Shown: piece after piece, positions 25,675-34,932 of the stretch
How positions within the stretch are numbered: the first letter of the stretch is position 1
Layout of the letters: each line of letters opens with the position of its first letter
Virus record (IMG/VR): IMGVR_UViG_3300037264_000454
Location: 1-59,996 of that record
Reading direction: 5' to 3' (one strand)
Source of the DNA: a virus
Taxonomy: Duplodnaviria; Caudoviricetes
Length of the DNA: 59,996 bases
Made by a program: the position numbers and the translations under genes
Notes under the pieces: model-generated
Seen by the model: the letters and a program-made list of their open reading frames with translations, nothing else
Databases searched by the model: none
What the model was told of the DNA's origin: nothing

Positions 25675-27305
25675 GCGTCCTCCTCAGGTCGGGCGACGAC
25701 GGTCCATGCGGCCCAAAGGAGCGTCACGCGACTGTTCACGAGCGGGTCGGCCGTGGGGATGACCACGTATGCGGCGAAGTCGTGAGTGCCGACGTCCATC
25801 GCGGTCGTCTGTGCGGACGTGAGTGCGCAGGTGAAGCTGTCGGTGGCCGTAACGGTGCAGGCGTAGTCGTCACCGTCCATGACGATCTCGACGGTGTGTC
25901 CGGTCAGCGACGGCCAAGCGGTATTCGTCCAACTCAGTTCGCGGTCGTCGGCGGCGGCGTAGGAGTCGTCTTGCGTGATCTCGACAGAGCCGTCTGCGAG
26001 TACGGGGTTGGGGAACGCGCGCGCCTCGGCGACGGTGAAGAGGGCGGGAACAGCAGGGGGAGGCGTGACGACGGGGGTCTCGATGCCGAGCAGTTCGTCC
26101 ATCGCGGCCTGAGCCACGGCGAACAGCGCCGCGTGACCGGCGTTGTTGGGGTGCCAGGCATCGGATACTCCGCCGACTGTCTCGACTCCTGCGGGTCCGG
26201 CCATCGTGGGCTCGTCCTTGATGGCTGATATGTCGACATAGACGGCAGTATCCCCGTACTCAGCGGCGATGGCCTCAATGATGGCGTCGTTGACCTCGCG
26301 GCCGGGAGCGCCAGCATCGGCCAGCGACTCGCGCCATGTGGACATCAGGACGAACAGGCAGTCGGCGTTTCCGGCTAGTGCCGCATCGAGGATGGTGCGA
26401 TAGGACGCCTCGAAGGCCACGGGGTCGGTCGCTAGGTCGTTGGTGCCCAGCTCGATGAGGCAGATCAGCGGCGCGTCTGCCTCGATGGTTGCGGCCTCAG
26501 CCGCCGCGTCAGCAGTCGTTCCGCCGGACATGGAGAGCGTGCTGGGCGTCGCGTATCCCAGCCCCGTGATCCAGTCAGAGAGCTGGTGGGCGAAACTGTT
26601 GATGGCCGCTTCGGCGTACAGGCCGGCGGTGAGTGAGTCGCCGATGAACAGCGGCGCGGAGACGCGGACGCTGGTACTCTGGTCTGCGGTGCCGGACCAG
26701 TTGCATCCTGCGGTGGCGCCGTCGAAATACGGCACGGCGGCGACGGTCTTGGTGAGTACCGGGTAGCGCCAGCGGAGGGTAATCGTGTCGCCAGCGACGC
26801 CGGTGGCGACGTTGACCCATACACGAATCCACGAACAGGCGTAGGTAGCGGCGGCGGTAAAGGTGGTGGAGACTTCGATGGGAGTCCATGAACTTGCCAG
26901 CGCCGGGAACGGCGCGGTGCCGATGTCGCCCACCGCCTGGTTGGTGATGTCGATCCCGCCGTATCCGGCCCCGACGCGGACGGCCCGGGCGTTGCTGGCC
27001 TCCAGTTGATACTCCATACCCAGCGAGCCGGGGTCGCCGCTGGTGAAGTCACCGGCGATTCCATAAGCGAGCAGGGCGACGGCGGAGTGCTCCCCGCCGG
27101 TGAGGTCGAGCGCGTGTACGGTGTAGACGATCTCGTGATAGAAGGTGCCGTCCCCGTTGGCGATGAGGTCTTTGGCAACTGAGCCGTGCCCGTCGTGGAA
27201 GTCTGTCCAACCCCGGAGCGTGCCCGCCTCGTCGGGAAGGCCCGTGGTCCCGTACTCGATCAGACGAGGGTTGCGGAGAAGGTTGGTATTGGCGTCGACG
27301 GTCAT
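25671..27305 (-). CDS. virion-associated SGNH/GDSL hydrolase
   Basis: FIGDSLT, SGG, LGTND and DAWHPN catalytic blocks; PYFDG motif. Confidence 0.8.
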   Translation of the reverse strand: MTVDANTNLLRNPRLIEYGTTGLPDEAGTLRGWTDFHDGHGSVAKDLIANGDGTFYHEIVYTVHALDLTGGEHSAVALLAYGIAGDFTSGDPGSLGMEYQLEASNARAVRVGAGYGGIDITNQAVGDIGTAPFPALASSWTPIEVSTTFTAAATYACSWIRVWVNVATGVAGDTITLRWRYPVLTKTVAAVPYFDGATAGCNWSGTADQSTSVRVSAPLFIGDSLTAGLYAEAAINSFAHQLSDWITGLGYATPSTLSMSGGTTADAAAEAATIEADAPLICLIELGTNDLATDPVAFEASYRTILDAALAGNADCLFVLMSTWRESLADAGAPGREVNDAIIEAIAAEYGDTAVYVDISAIKDEPTMAGPAGVETVGGVSDAWHPNNAGHAALFAVAQAAMDELLGIETPVVTPPPAVPALFTVAEARAFPNPVLADGSVEITQDDSYAAADDRELSWTNTAWPSLTGHTVEIVMDGDDYACTVTATDSFTCALTSAQTTAMDVGTHDFAAYVVIPTADPLVNSRVTLLWAAWTVVARPEEDA

Positions 27306-27631
27306 CCCGCCACCTCTTTCAGATCGCCAACTGGCTTCTCAATGGGTTCCTCAACCGGAGCCGCGACAGCCACACTCGCCAGAAACGCCGCCGCGTCCTT
27401 CTCCGGCACCGGTTCCACCTTCGCCTCTTCGATGACCTTGCCCGCGTCCTTGCCCGTGCCCATGACCGGGGCGATCTTGCGGTAGACGACTTGGATTGGG
27501 CCGGTTGACTTCAATGCGTAGTCGGCGGGGGCGAGGTCTTTGGCTCCGAAGTAGGTCACGGAAACGTAGGTGTCGTGGTCGATGGATTGGACACTTGGAT
27601 GCCAGATTCCGTTGAGCCAGCCGCTCATCAT
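27302..27631 (-). CDS. hypothetical protein
   Basis: ATGA overlaps on both sides. Confidence 0.5.
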   Translation of the reverse strand: MMSGWLNGIWHPSVQSIDHDTYVSVTYFGAKDLAPADYALKSTGPIQVVYRKIAPVMGTGKDAGKVIEEAKVEPVPEKDAAAFLASVAVAAPVEEPIEKPVGDLKEVAG

Positions 27632-28971
27632 CCGACCAGCTTGTAGGCCGTGCCATCGCTGGCAAGGGGTATGACCAAGGTGTTTGCGTAGCCCCGGTCG
27701 CGGAAGAAGCGCACGAGGTCGGCTCCTGTCCTGCCAGCCGTTAGGCCAGTGGAGAGGGCGAGGCGGTTGGTTGCGCCGATGTCGGATGGGGATACGACAC
27801 AGGAACCGATGTATGAAATCCCATGTATTCCACCCGTGAACCACGACCCCACCCTGACCGCCGTCACAGTTCCCGGCGTCTTTACCAAAGCGACCTTCTG
27901 CGCGGCGGCAACGCCATCGGTGACTAGGTCTTGGGTGCTACCGGCGACGTGGCTGGCTATCACCGCGTGCGTGGTCCCGGCTGCGTGGGAAATACCCGCC
28001 GACGTAATGGCGGTCGCTGCCGACGCCTGTCGTCCCATTCCGTCCCAATAGTTCGCAGAAGCCTTCTCTAGGAGCCACGCCTCGGATGCGTCGGCATCGT
28101 TCACGCTCAAGAGAATGTGCTCCGCACTGTCGTTACCAGCCCAGAGGGAGGTTACTCTCGCGGCTAGAGTCCCCGCCGCCTCAATCGCTCCGGCAGCGAA
28201 CGGATTGGCGTACTCCAGAACCGAAACCGCCCGCGTAGACGTACTAGCATTCGCCGCCCCCGTCCACGCGCATCCCCCGCCGGTGCTGCTGCCGTCGAAG
28301 TAGGGGGTGAGGACGGCGGATTTTTCTACCTGGACGTCGTCGATGGTGATGTCGATGGTGTCGGTCGCGTCGAGACCGGTGACTAGTACGACTTGGGCGC
28401 GAATCTTGGTTGCCGTCGCCGGGACGGTGAATACGTAAGAGTATCGCGTCCACTCGGTTGTGTCGGGGAGTGCGGAACCGTTCTCGGACGAGACGAATGT
28501 CGGAGTGTTCGTGTAGTAGAGCAGCACCGGGTAGGTGGTCGTCTCTCCCACGATGGATGACTTGTAGAAGAACGACAGAGTTACCTTGTCCCCGGCAGCA
28601 AAGGAGGAATCGGCTGTCTGGGCCGTCTGCTGAATGGTGAACGTCGCCCCGCTGACCCCACCAGCGGCGGTGTACGTTACCCGTTGCGCTACGCCTCCCG
28701 CCCGTCCCGAAACGATGCTCCACACGTCGCCGGTTGCCGTGCCGTTGTTGTTGTAGCCTGTCGCCGCCCCACCAACGTATGCTTCCATAGACGGATTCGT
28801 ACAGTAGTTGGTCTGAGCCGGGAGAAAGAGCCGTCCGGGGCCGTCGTAGGTCGTCCAGCCGGTCGAGGTCGTGGGCTGGACCGTTTGCAGGTAGCCAAGC
28901 CGCGTCATCGCATCAAGCGCGACGGCGGAGTTCGTGGACGCGGCTCGGCGTCTGAGTGCTACGCGGTTCAC
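27628..28971 (-). CDS. virion protein with carbohydrate-binding and LamG-like domains
   Basis: TNYCTNPSME, WTRYS and IDDVQVEK..TPYFDG..STSTRA patterns. Confidence 0.65.
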   Translation of the reverse strand: MNRVALRRRAASTNSAVALDAMTRLGYLQTVQPTTSTGWTTYDGPGRLFLPAQTNYCTNPSMEAYVGGAATGYNNNGTATGDVWSIVSGRAGGVAQRVTYTAAGGVSGATFTIQQTAQTADSSFAAGDKVTLSFFYKSSIVGETTTYPVLLYYTNTPTFVSSENGSALPDTTEWTRYSYVFTVPATATKIRAQVVLVTGLDATDTIDITIDDVQVEKSAVLTPYFDGSSTGGGCAWTGAANASTSTRAVSVLEYANPFAAGAIEAAGTLAARVTSLWAGNDSAEHILLSVNDADASEAWLLEKASANYWDGMGRQASAATAITSAGISHAAGTTHAVIASHVAGSTQDLVTDGVAAAQKVALVKTPGTVTAVRVGSWFTGGIHGISYIGSCVVSPSDIGATNRLALSTGLTAGRTGADLVRFFRDRGYANTLVIPLASDGTAYKLVG

Positions 28972-29936
28972 TAGCTCGCGAACCGGTAGGCGGAGATCAC
29001 GGGCGTGAGCACGGCGGCTCCATCCGAGTTGCTGATGCCCAAGTAGCCCGTGAGCCCGTCCGTGTACTGGTCGAGCGTGTAGCCAAGGGTCGTGCTGTCC
29101 GCCGCAATCGCAGTCGCAGCACCGTCGCGCACGAGACTCGCGAGCGTGGTGTGGGTGACGACGCAAGCGCCAGCGGCGGTGCCGGTGACGGCCTGAATGG
29201 TGTACGCGCCGTTGACGGCCTTGGGAACGATCGTGACGATGCCAGCGGCGGGAGTAGCGGTGACGCCCGGTACGCCGTAGTTCGTCGCCGTGATGTGGCC
29301 GAGCGCGTTGACGATAGCGACGGCCGTGCCCTGCGTGTTGGTGAGCGCGACCTCGGCGCCGTCTGAGTTGACGGCCGTGACGCCGGTGACGGCCGTATCG
29401 GCGTTGATACAGCGGGTCAGCGAAGCCGCAGCCGTGGCCGCGTTCGTGCGCGTGAACTCGCGGTCTGAGATGGCCTCGGCGGCGGCGCCGGTGTAGGTCT
29501 TCGAGTCGACGCCGTTAGCGGACGTGACGACGATCGTCTCCAGCAGGTCGCAAGCGGTGACGGTCAGTGCCGTGCCGTAGTTGATGGCGGCGGCGAGTTC
29601 GACCCCGTCGGCCGTGCCGTTGCCGTCGATGGCGAACTGGCGGGAGGCGCGGACGTTCGTGTTCGTCTCGGCGGTGAAGGTCAGGCCGCCGACGAACACG
29701 GTATGGGTGTTGGCGAGCGTGTTGCCCGACACGTCCAGCGTGACGCTCTGGACGATATCGGGCGAGACGTACGCCTGCACGGACGCGGCCTTGTCGGACT
29801 TGATGATCCACTTGATGCGCGCCGCCGTGCCCGGACAGCGCACGTACAGGACGCCCGCGATCGGGATGGTGGTGATCTTGCCGAGCCCACCAGTGGAGCC
29901 GGTGGCGGCAGCTAGGACGAGCTTGTTCGATGCCAT
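28971..29936 (-). CDS. virion structural protein
   Basis: Ala/Thr-rich, internal repeat (TFTAE..RQF / TYTGA..REF); head module. Confidence 0.55.
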   Translation of the reverse strand: MASNKLVLAAATGSTGGLGKITTIPIAGVLYVRCPGTAARIKWIIKSDKAASVQAYVSPDIVQSVTLDVSGNTLANTHTVFVGGLTFTAETNTNVRASRQFAIDGNGTADGVELAAAINYGTALTVTACDLLETIVVTSANGVDSKTYTGAAAEAISDREFTRTNAATAAASLTRCINADTAVTGVTAVNSDGAEVALTNTQGTAVAIVNALGHITATNYGVPGVTATPAAGIVTIVPKAVNGAYTIQAVTGTAAGACVVTHTTLASLVRDGAATAIAADSTTLGYTLDQYTDGLTGYLGISNSDGAAVLTPVISAYRFAS

Positions 29937-29963
29937 GAGGTTGCCTTTCTGCCGCCCTCGGCG

Positions 29964-30356
29964 TTAGACGTGGAGGTACTCGACGTGCAGGTATCCCGCA
30001 AAGCCGACGGTCGAAGCCGAACCCGTCGCCGTGATGTACTGCGTTGAGGTCATGATGGGCAGCGAGTCAGCGGGATCTCCGTAGGCGAAGCAGTTGAGGG
30101 CCGAAGCGGCCGTCAGGGTTGCGATGGCATCGACGGCGTTCAGGAACGTGGTCGCGGAAGTCGTCGCGTTGGCGGCGACTCCGACGGAGAGGTTGGCGGC
30201 GCCCGTCGAGGGCGTGGTCGTGTAGATGGTCGCCCGAGTGATGATGATGCTGCCACCCTCGGGATTGATGGCCGATCCGACCTCGCCGCCGGCAAACAGA
30301 AGCGCGCCGGTGAGCGGGACGCAGAACGACCCCTTGCCTGTGACTGGCGTAGTCAT
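29964..30356 (-). CDS. putative capsid decoration protein, paralogue A
   Basis: NPEG..IITR..STGAAN..GDPAD..STVGFAG..VEYLHV. Confidence 0.55.
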   Translation of the reverse strand: MTTPVTGKGSFCVPLTGALLFAGGEVGSAINPEGGSIIITRATIYTTTPSTGAANLSVGVAANATTSATTFLNAVDAIATLTAASALNCFAYGDPADSLPIMTSTQYITATGSASTVGFAGYLHVEYLHV

Positions 30357-30365
30357 ATCAGCGCC

Positions 30366-30773
30366 TCAGACGTGGACGTATTCGACGTAGCAGCGGCCCG
30401 TGTAGCCGACCGTGGTGGCCGAGCCGAAAGCCGCGATAACGCCGTCGGCGGCGAGAACCACGAGGGCGTCGGCGGGGTCGCCACAGGCGAGACCCTGGAC
30501 GGCGGTTCCGGCCGAAGCGGCCTGCGCGGCGGCGGCGAAGATGTTGGCCACGTCATGCGCGGCAACGGCGGTTGCGGCCGTGCCGACGGTGATGTTCGCG
30601 GCTCCGGTCGAGTTGGTGATCCCGTAGAGAACGCAGCGCGTGATGATGACTGCCGCGCCCTCGGGGTTGACGACGTAGCCGAGAGACCCGGCGGCGGTCG
30701 CGTCGTGGGCGGCTTGGCCGGTGACGGGGAACGACAGCCAACCCTTCCCGTGTACAGCGGTTGCGAGTGCCAT
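30366..30773 (-). CDS. putative capsid decoration protein, paralogue B
   Basis: NPEG..IITR..STGAAN..GDPAD..TTVGYTG..VEYVHV. Confidence 0.55.
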   Translation of the reverse strand: MALATAVHGKGWLSFPVTGQAAHDATAAGSLGYVVNPEGAAVIITRCVLYGITNSTGAANITVGTAATAVAAHDVANIFAAAAQAASAGTAVQGLACGDPADALVVLAADGVIAAFGSATTVGYTGRCYVEYVHV

Positions 30774-30790
30774 GTGTGCTCCTTGTCAGG

Positions 30791-30816
30791 CGGGGGCGGC
30801 CGGATTGCCGCCCCCG
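30791..30816. terminator. intergenic GC hairpin (terminator or RNA-stabilising stem)
   Basis: cgggggcggc/gccgcccccg 10-bp stem; no clear U-tract. Confidence 0.35.
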
Positions 30817-30827
30817 TTCGGGGTGCG

Positions 30828-31760
30828 TTACGTAGTTGTGTAGAAGCCGCAAACGACGACGTCGAAGCCCGTGGCGGTCGCGTAGGTGGCGTCGCCACCC
30901 GCGCAGTAGACCAGCAGACCCTTGTTCGCTACCGCAGTCGTGCCGCCGGAGGTGATGCCGGTGATAACGGGTGTGCCGGTGACGTGGTTGTGCCAGACAC
31001 CGGCCGCGAGGTCGGCGATAACGTGGCTCAGGAAGATGGCACCGGCGTCTTCCTTGACGCCCACGGTCGCGGGGCCGGAGACGTTGCCGCCCGTGGCCCT
31101 CATCAGGATGGACAGGACGTGGAAGCGCTGCCCCGCGACGGCGGGAACAGCCACGCCGGTGCCGGCCGTGACGGCAGCGGCGAGGTGGCTTGTGCGGTAG
31201 ATGAGCGGAGTACCCGCCACGGCGGCGTCAAGCTGAGCCGCCGTCGAGGCGACGGACGTGCCGCCGATCTTGAGGTCGGTGATGTCCAGCGAGGCGACCT
31301 TGTTGGTGCCGGTTGCCGTCGAGACGACCTTGCCAGCCGCCGTGGTGCCAGCCGTGACGCCCGCAGTCAGGTTGAGGTTTGCGGCGGTAGCGGTTACGGC
31401 AGTGCCCGCAACGGCACCGAGGTAGAGTCCGCTATCGGCGATCACGAGCGTGTCCAGGTTCTTGTTGGCGCCAAGAACGGCGGTCTTGCTGGCCTCGGCG
31501 ACGCCTACGGCTCCGGCGCGGTCGTTGTAGTTCAACTCGGCAGCGGTCGCGGTTACGGCCGTACCGGCAGCGGCGCCGAGCTTAAGCCCGCCGTCGGTGA
31601 TGACGATGGTGTCGATGTGCTTGTCCGTGGTGGTGACTACGGCTTTACCGGCGAGTACGGTGCCGGCGGTGACACCGTCGAGGACGTCGATTTCAGCGGC
31701 GGTGAGAATGTTGCTCGTACCGCTACCGGTCGAGCCCCACTTTGTCGGGAACCAAGTCAT
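30828..31760 (-). CDS. head fibre/decoration-like protein with TATAAELN repeats
   Basis: Repeated TAVTATAA(E/N)LN and (A)GK(A/V)V units. Confidence 0.6.
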   Translation of the reverse strand: MTWFPTKWGSTGSGTSNILTAAEIDVLDGVTAGTVLAGKAVVTTTDKHIDTIVITDGGLKLGAAAGTAVTATAAELNYNDRAGAVGVAEASKTAVLGANKNLDTLVIADSGLYLGAVAGTAVTATAANLNLTAGVTAGTTAAGKVVSTATGTNKVASLDITDLKIGGTSVASTAAQLDAAVAGTPLIYRTSHLAAAVTAGTGVAVPAVAGQRFHVLSILMRATGGNVSGPATVGVKEDAGAIFLSHVIADLAAGVWHNHVTGTPVITGITSGGTTAVANKGLLVYCAGGDATYATATGFDVVVCGFYTTT

Positions 31761-32263
31761 GTGCGTGCTCCTTCTGGCACCTTGTCAGGATGCGTCCGCA
31801 GCAGTGAGGCCACGGATTGCTTTGTGATGCCGAATCGTTTGCCGAGGCGGTGGATGCCCCATGACTGTCCGCGAAGCTCGAAGAGTTCCGCGTATTGCTC
31901 GGACGTGAGCTTCGAGTTCGCGTTGTCCGTGAGGCACTGTCGCGTCTCGGGATGTGTGTACATGCCGTTCTCCGCGCCCCTTGCTGTGCGGTTGCGGAGA
32001 ACGGCATCCTGTCGATTCTGCTTCTGCGTTCCCACGTACAGGTGATCCGGGTTGACACACGACGGGTTGTCGCAGTGGTGGCAGACAAGCAGTCCATCGG
32101 GGATTGGGCCGACGAAGAGTTCGTAGGCCACGCGATGGGCGCGAGCACTGCCACGGCTACCGAAGCGGAAGCACCCGTAGCCCTTGGCCGTGCGTGCTGC
32201 CGTCCACTCCCAACACCCGTTGGGGCCGTCTTGGTTCACCTTGTCGAGGAATCGCCGCATCAC
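31757..32263 (-). CDS. HNH homing endonuclease
   Basis: GCWEWT, AHRVAYE, CHHCDNPSCVNPDHL; directly after the capsid gene. Confidence 0.9.
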   Translation of the reverse strand: MMRRFLDKVNQDGPNGCWEWTAARTAKGYGCFRFGSRGSARAHRVAYELFVGPIPDGLLVCHHCDNPSCVNPDHLYVGTQKQNRQDAVLRNRTARGAENGMYTHPETRQCLTDNANSKLTSEQYAELFELRGQSWGIHRLGKRFGITKQSVASLLRTHPDKVPEGART

Positions 32264-32270
32264 TCTCCTA

Positions 32271-33245
32271 TTAGACGGTTAGGACACCAAACGGACTTCT
32301 GCTGGCCTTGGTCTTCTGCGTCTGGTTGATCGGGTTCGGCAGGGCGAAACCGAGGCGCATGATGAAGCGCAGCGCGATGCAGTCCTGCTGAGCGAGGTTG
32401 ACGATCACGTTGCCGGCACCGTCGACGATCGGGCCGGTGGTGAGGACCTTCATCTCCAGTTCCTTGCGCATCGCCCAAACGGCGTTGGTGAAGTCGCCGA
32501 CGATGAGGTTAGAGGTGGTCGTCGGGAATCCGCCGTGCTTCGGGAACACGGCGGGCACGCCGTTAAGCTCGTAGTCCATGCCCTTGCCGGGAACCTTGTT
32601 GAAGATGGGGTTGCCGATACCGTCGCGGCAGCCGCGCAGCCGGGACTTCATCGAGATAGCACCGCAGACGGCGCTAGGATCGTAGCCGTCGGCCTCGACC
32701 TTGCCGAAGACGCCGGTGACGCCGGCGCTGGTCTCGCCAAGCAGGTCGTCGTAGATGTCGGCGCCGGTACCGATGGCGACGTTGTTGGCTGCGTTCACGG
32801 CGTGGGTGTAGATGCCGCCCACGGGCCAACCGGTCGGAGCGTTCGTGCCCGCCAGAACGGCGGCGTCAACGAGACGCGCGATGTCGCCAGAGACCTGGTC
32901 CTTGGCCTTCTGGAAGATGTCGATATCGGTGTCGTCGATGGTGTCCTGGTCGATCACGACGAACGATGCGACCTTGCCGACGTACATGATGACGTCTTCC
33001 CAGCCGGTGGTCGTCGAGTTGATGAGGCCGCCGTGATTCTCGCCAGACGGCGCGTCAACCCACTGCGAGAGGGCCAGCTCGCTGGACACCTTCAGGGTGG
33101 CGGTCGCCTTGGTGAGGTTCCGCAGACGGCGGCAGTGCGTCATCGCGAAGGAGTTGTCGAGAACCGACTCGATGATCTCCATGCGCTGCTCGGTCGGCAT
33201 AAGCGCCAGAGCGTCGGCGGTCGAAATGAGTTGGTCGTATGCCAT
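32271..33245 (-). CDS. major capsid protein (HK97 fold)
   Basis: 324 aa; LMP.E, D.A.L.G, VGDF, NLAQQDCIALR..MRLGF..PNP; follows the scaffold. Confidence 0.9.
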   Translation of the reverse strand: MAYDQLISTADALALMPTEQRMEIIESVLDNSFAMTHCRRLRNLTKATATLKVSSELALSQWVDAPSGENHGGLINSTTTGWEDVIMYVGKVASFVVIDQDTIDDTDIDIFQKAKDQVSGDIARLVDAAVLAGTNAPTGWPVGGIYTHAVNAANNVAIGTGADIYDDLLGETSAGVTGVFGKVEADGYDPSAVCGAISMKSRLRGCRDGIGNPIFNKVPGKGMDYELNGVPAVFPKHGGFPTTTSNLIVGDFTNAVWAMRKELEMKVLTTGPIVDGAGNVIVNLAQQDCIALRFIMRLGFALPNPINQTQKTKASRSPFGVLTV

Positions 33246-33267
33246 GGTTTAGTGCTCCTCTTGGGTG

Positions 33268-33846
33268 TTAGCCGCCCGCTATCGCGCGGCGGAGGTTCGT
33301 GTCGAAATCCGCCTTGACGGCGGCGGGCTGGGTGCCCGTGCCCGTGCCCGCATACGTGCGGGCGGGCGGGGTCTTGGCGCTAAACAGCCAGGGCTTCGTG
33401 TCTTTGAGCGCCAGTACGCTGGTGATGCCATTGGCTTGCGCGATCGTCCACGCGTCGGTCAGCAACTCGGGGTTGCATCCCTCGGCGATGGCGTCACGCG
33501 TGAAGGCCAGTTCTTGACGGGCCTTCTCCGTCTCGGCGTCCTTCTCGGTCGCGAGATCGTTGAGCTTCGTGGCGGTGTCGGCGTCGGCGGTCTTCGCCAG
33601 TGTTCGTAGTTCTTTGCTCGCGTCGCTGGCCTTGGTGCGCTCCTTTTCGAGGGCGCTTGTCAGGCCCTTGGTGCGCGTATCGTGGTGCGCGTCATGCAGC
33701 ACCCTGAGGGTCTCGGGCAGCGCGGCGAGGGCGGCTTCCCATGTTTCCGGCGGCGTCTCGCCTCGTGCCGGGGGTTCTGTCGGTTCTACTGGCGGCGTTC
33801 CCTGCGGCTGGAGGGGATCGGGTGTGGGTGCGGGTTTGTCAGCCAT
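33268..33846 (-). CDS. scaffolding protein
   Basis: Pro-rich N-terminus, coiled coil, KPWLF; precedes the capsid gene. Confidence 0.75.
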   Translation of the reverse strand: MADKPAPTPDPLQPQGTPPVEPTEPPARGETPPETWEAALAALPETLRVLHDAHHDTRTKGLTSALEKERTKASDASKELRTLAKTADADTATKLNDLATEKDAETEKARQELAFTRDAIAEGCNPELLTDAWTIAQANGITSVLALKDTKPWLFSAKTPPARTYAGTGTGTQPAAVKADFDTNLRRAIAGG

Positions 33847-33885
33847 CTCGGCAGTCTCCAATCGACGCATCTCGCGTCACGGTTG

Positions 33886-34932
33886 TCATGCGGCCTTCAC
33901 TGCGTCTTGCAGCAGGCCGAGGTCTTTGAGGGTGGGGATCGATACGGAGCCGCCCCACCTGGGGTCGGTCGTGTGCTTTGCGAAGTCGGAGAACGCGACC
34001 TTGCCGTCCTTCCACGCCTCCATGCGCGTGCGGCCCATGATGCGCAGTTGCGTGCTCTCGTCCTGCGTCTTCATCCACGCCTCGCCCGACTGCCAGTCGT
34101 GGCCGCGAGGCTCGAGGAGGGGGACGACGGCGCAACGGTTCGGCGGGTGGTCGTCAAGTTGCAGTTCGGTCGACAGGATCTCGCCCTCGAGAGCCGTGCA
34201 GGCCAGACATACTCTGTCGTCCTTGGCCGAGATACGTTCAAACCACTGCACGCCGTTCTCACGGTACGTCTGCATCGTCGCGGTCTGGTAGGCGCGCATC
34301 GTTTCGGTGCGTGAGATGAGCAGGGCGCGTTGCAGCGGCACGTTCAGCGTCCGCGACAGGCCAGCCGCAATCGCACGCGGGTTCTTGCCCATGCCGATGC
34401 CGTTGACGAGTTGCGTGAGGAACTGCTGGGCGACCTGCGGGAACGATTCCTTGATGAGCGCGGCCAGCGGCGTACCGTCTGCCGCCTGCCCCACCATCGC
34501 GGCGAAGGCGGACGTGGGCAGGGAGTCGAAGCCGGCCGCGAGCGCCCCCGTTGCGCCGCCTGCGTGCGCTTCGGCGTAGGCCAGGCGCACGGCTTGGGCG
34601 GCGTCGGAGAGCGCGCTCTCGATGGCGATCTTCTGATTGTCCGCGATGACGCCGCCGACCCAATCGGCGTACTTTCCGATCTCGGCTTCGAGTTGCGCCA
34701 GCAGACGGATGACGCGCTCTTCGCGATAGACCTGCGCGGCGTTGGGGACGATGCCCTGGGCGCGCAGTCCTTCGAGGTAGGCGACGACGCCCTCGAGCTG
34801 CGCCTCCATCGCCGTCTGCAACTTCAGGTAGGCGCGGCCGAGCTTGAGCATGGTCGCGTCGTCACGGGCCAGCAGCGCAGCATGAAACTGGCGCGCGAGT
34901 CGGATGGCCTCGGGCTCGTCTAGGACGTTCAC
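33886..34932 (-). CDS. MuF/SPP1 gp7-like minor head protein
   Basis: RALLISRTE, DDRVCLAC, HPPNRC. Confidence 0.85.
   Translation of the reverse strand: MNVLDEPEAIRLARQFHAALLARDDATMLKLGRAYLKLQTAMEAQLEGVVAYLEGLRAQGIVPNAAQVYREERVIRLLAQLEAEIGKYADWVGGVIADNQKIAIESALSDAAQAVRLAYAEAHAGGATGALAAGFDSLPTSAFAAMVGQAADGTPLAALIKESFPQVAQQFLTQLVNGIGMGKNPRAIAAGLSRTLNVPLQRALLISRTETMRAYQTATMQTYRENGVQWFERISAKDDRVCLACTALEGEILSTELQLDDHPPNRCAVVPLLEPRGHDWQSGEAWMKTQDESTQLRIMGRTRMEAWKDGKVAFSDFAKHTTDPRWGGSVSIPTLKDLGLLQDAVKAA

Noticed and set aside
30372-32045. 557-aa plus-strand ORF and many similar antisense ORFs
   Set aside because: Shadow frames of minus-strand genes in high-GC DNA, with no motifs or RBS.
33075-33083. 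Self-target of a guide spacer (cagctcgct) in the capsid gene
   Set aside because: A single 9-mer match is expected by chance in 60 kb of GC-rich DNA, and the partner spacer does not match alongside.
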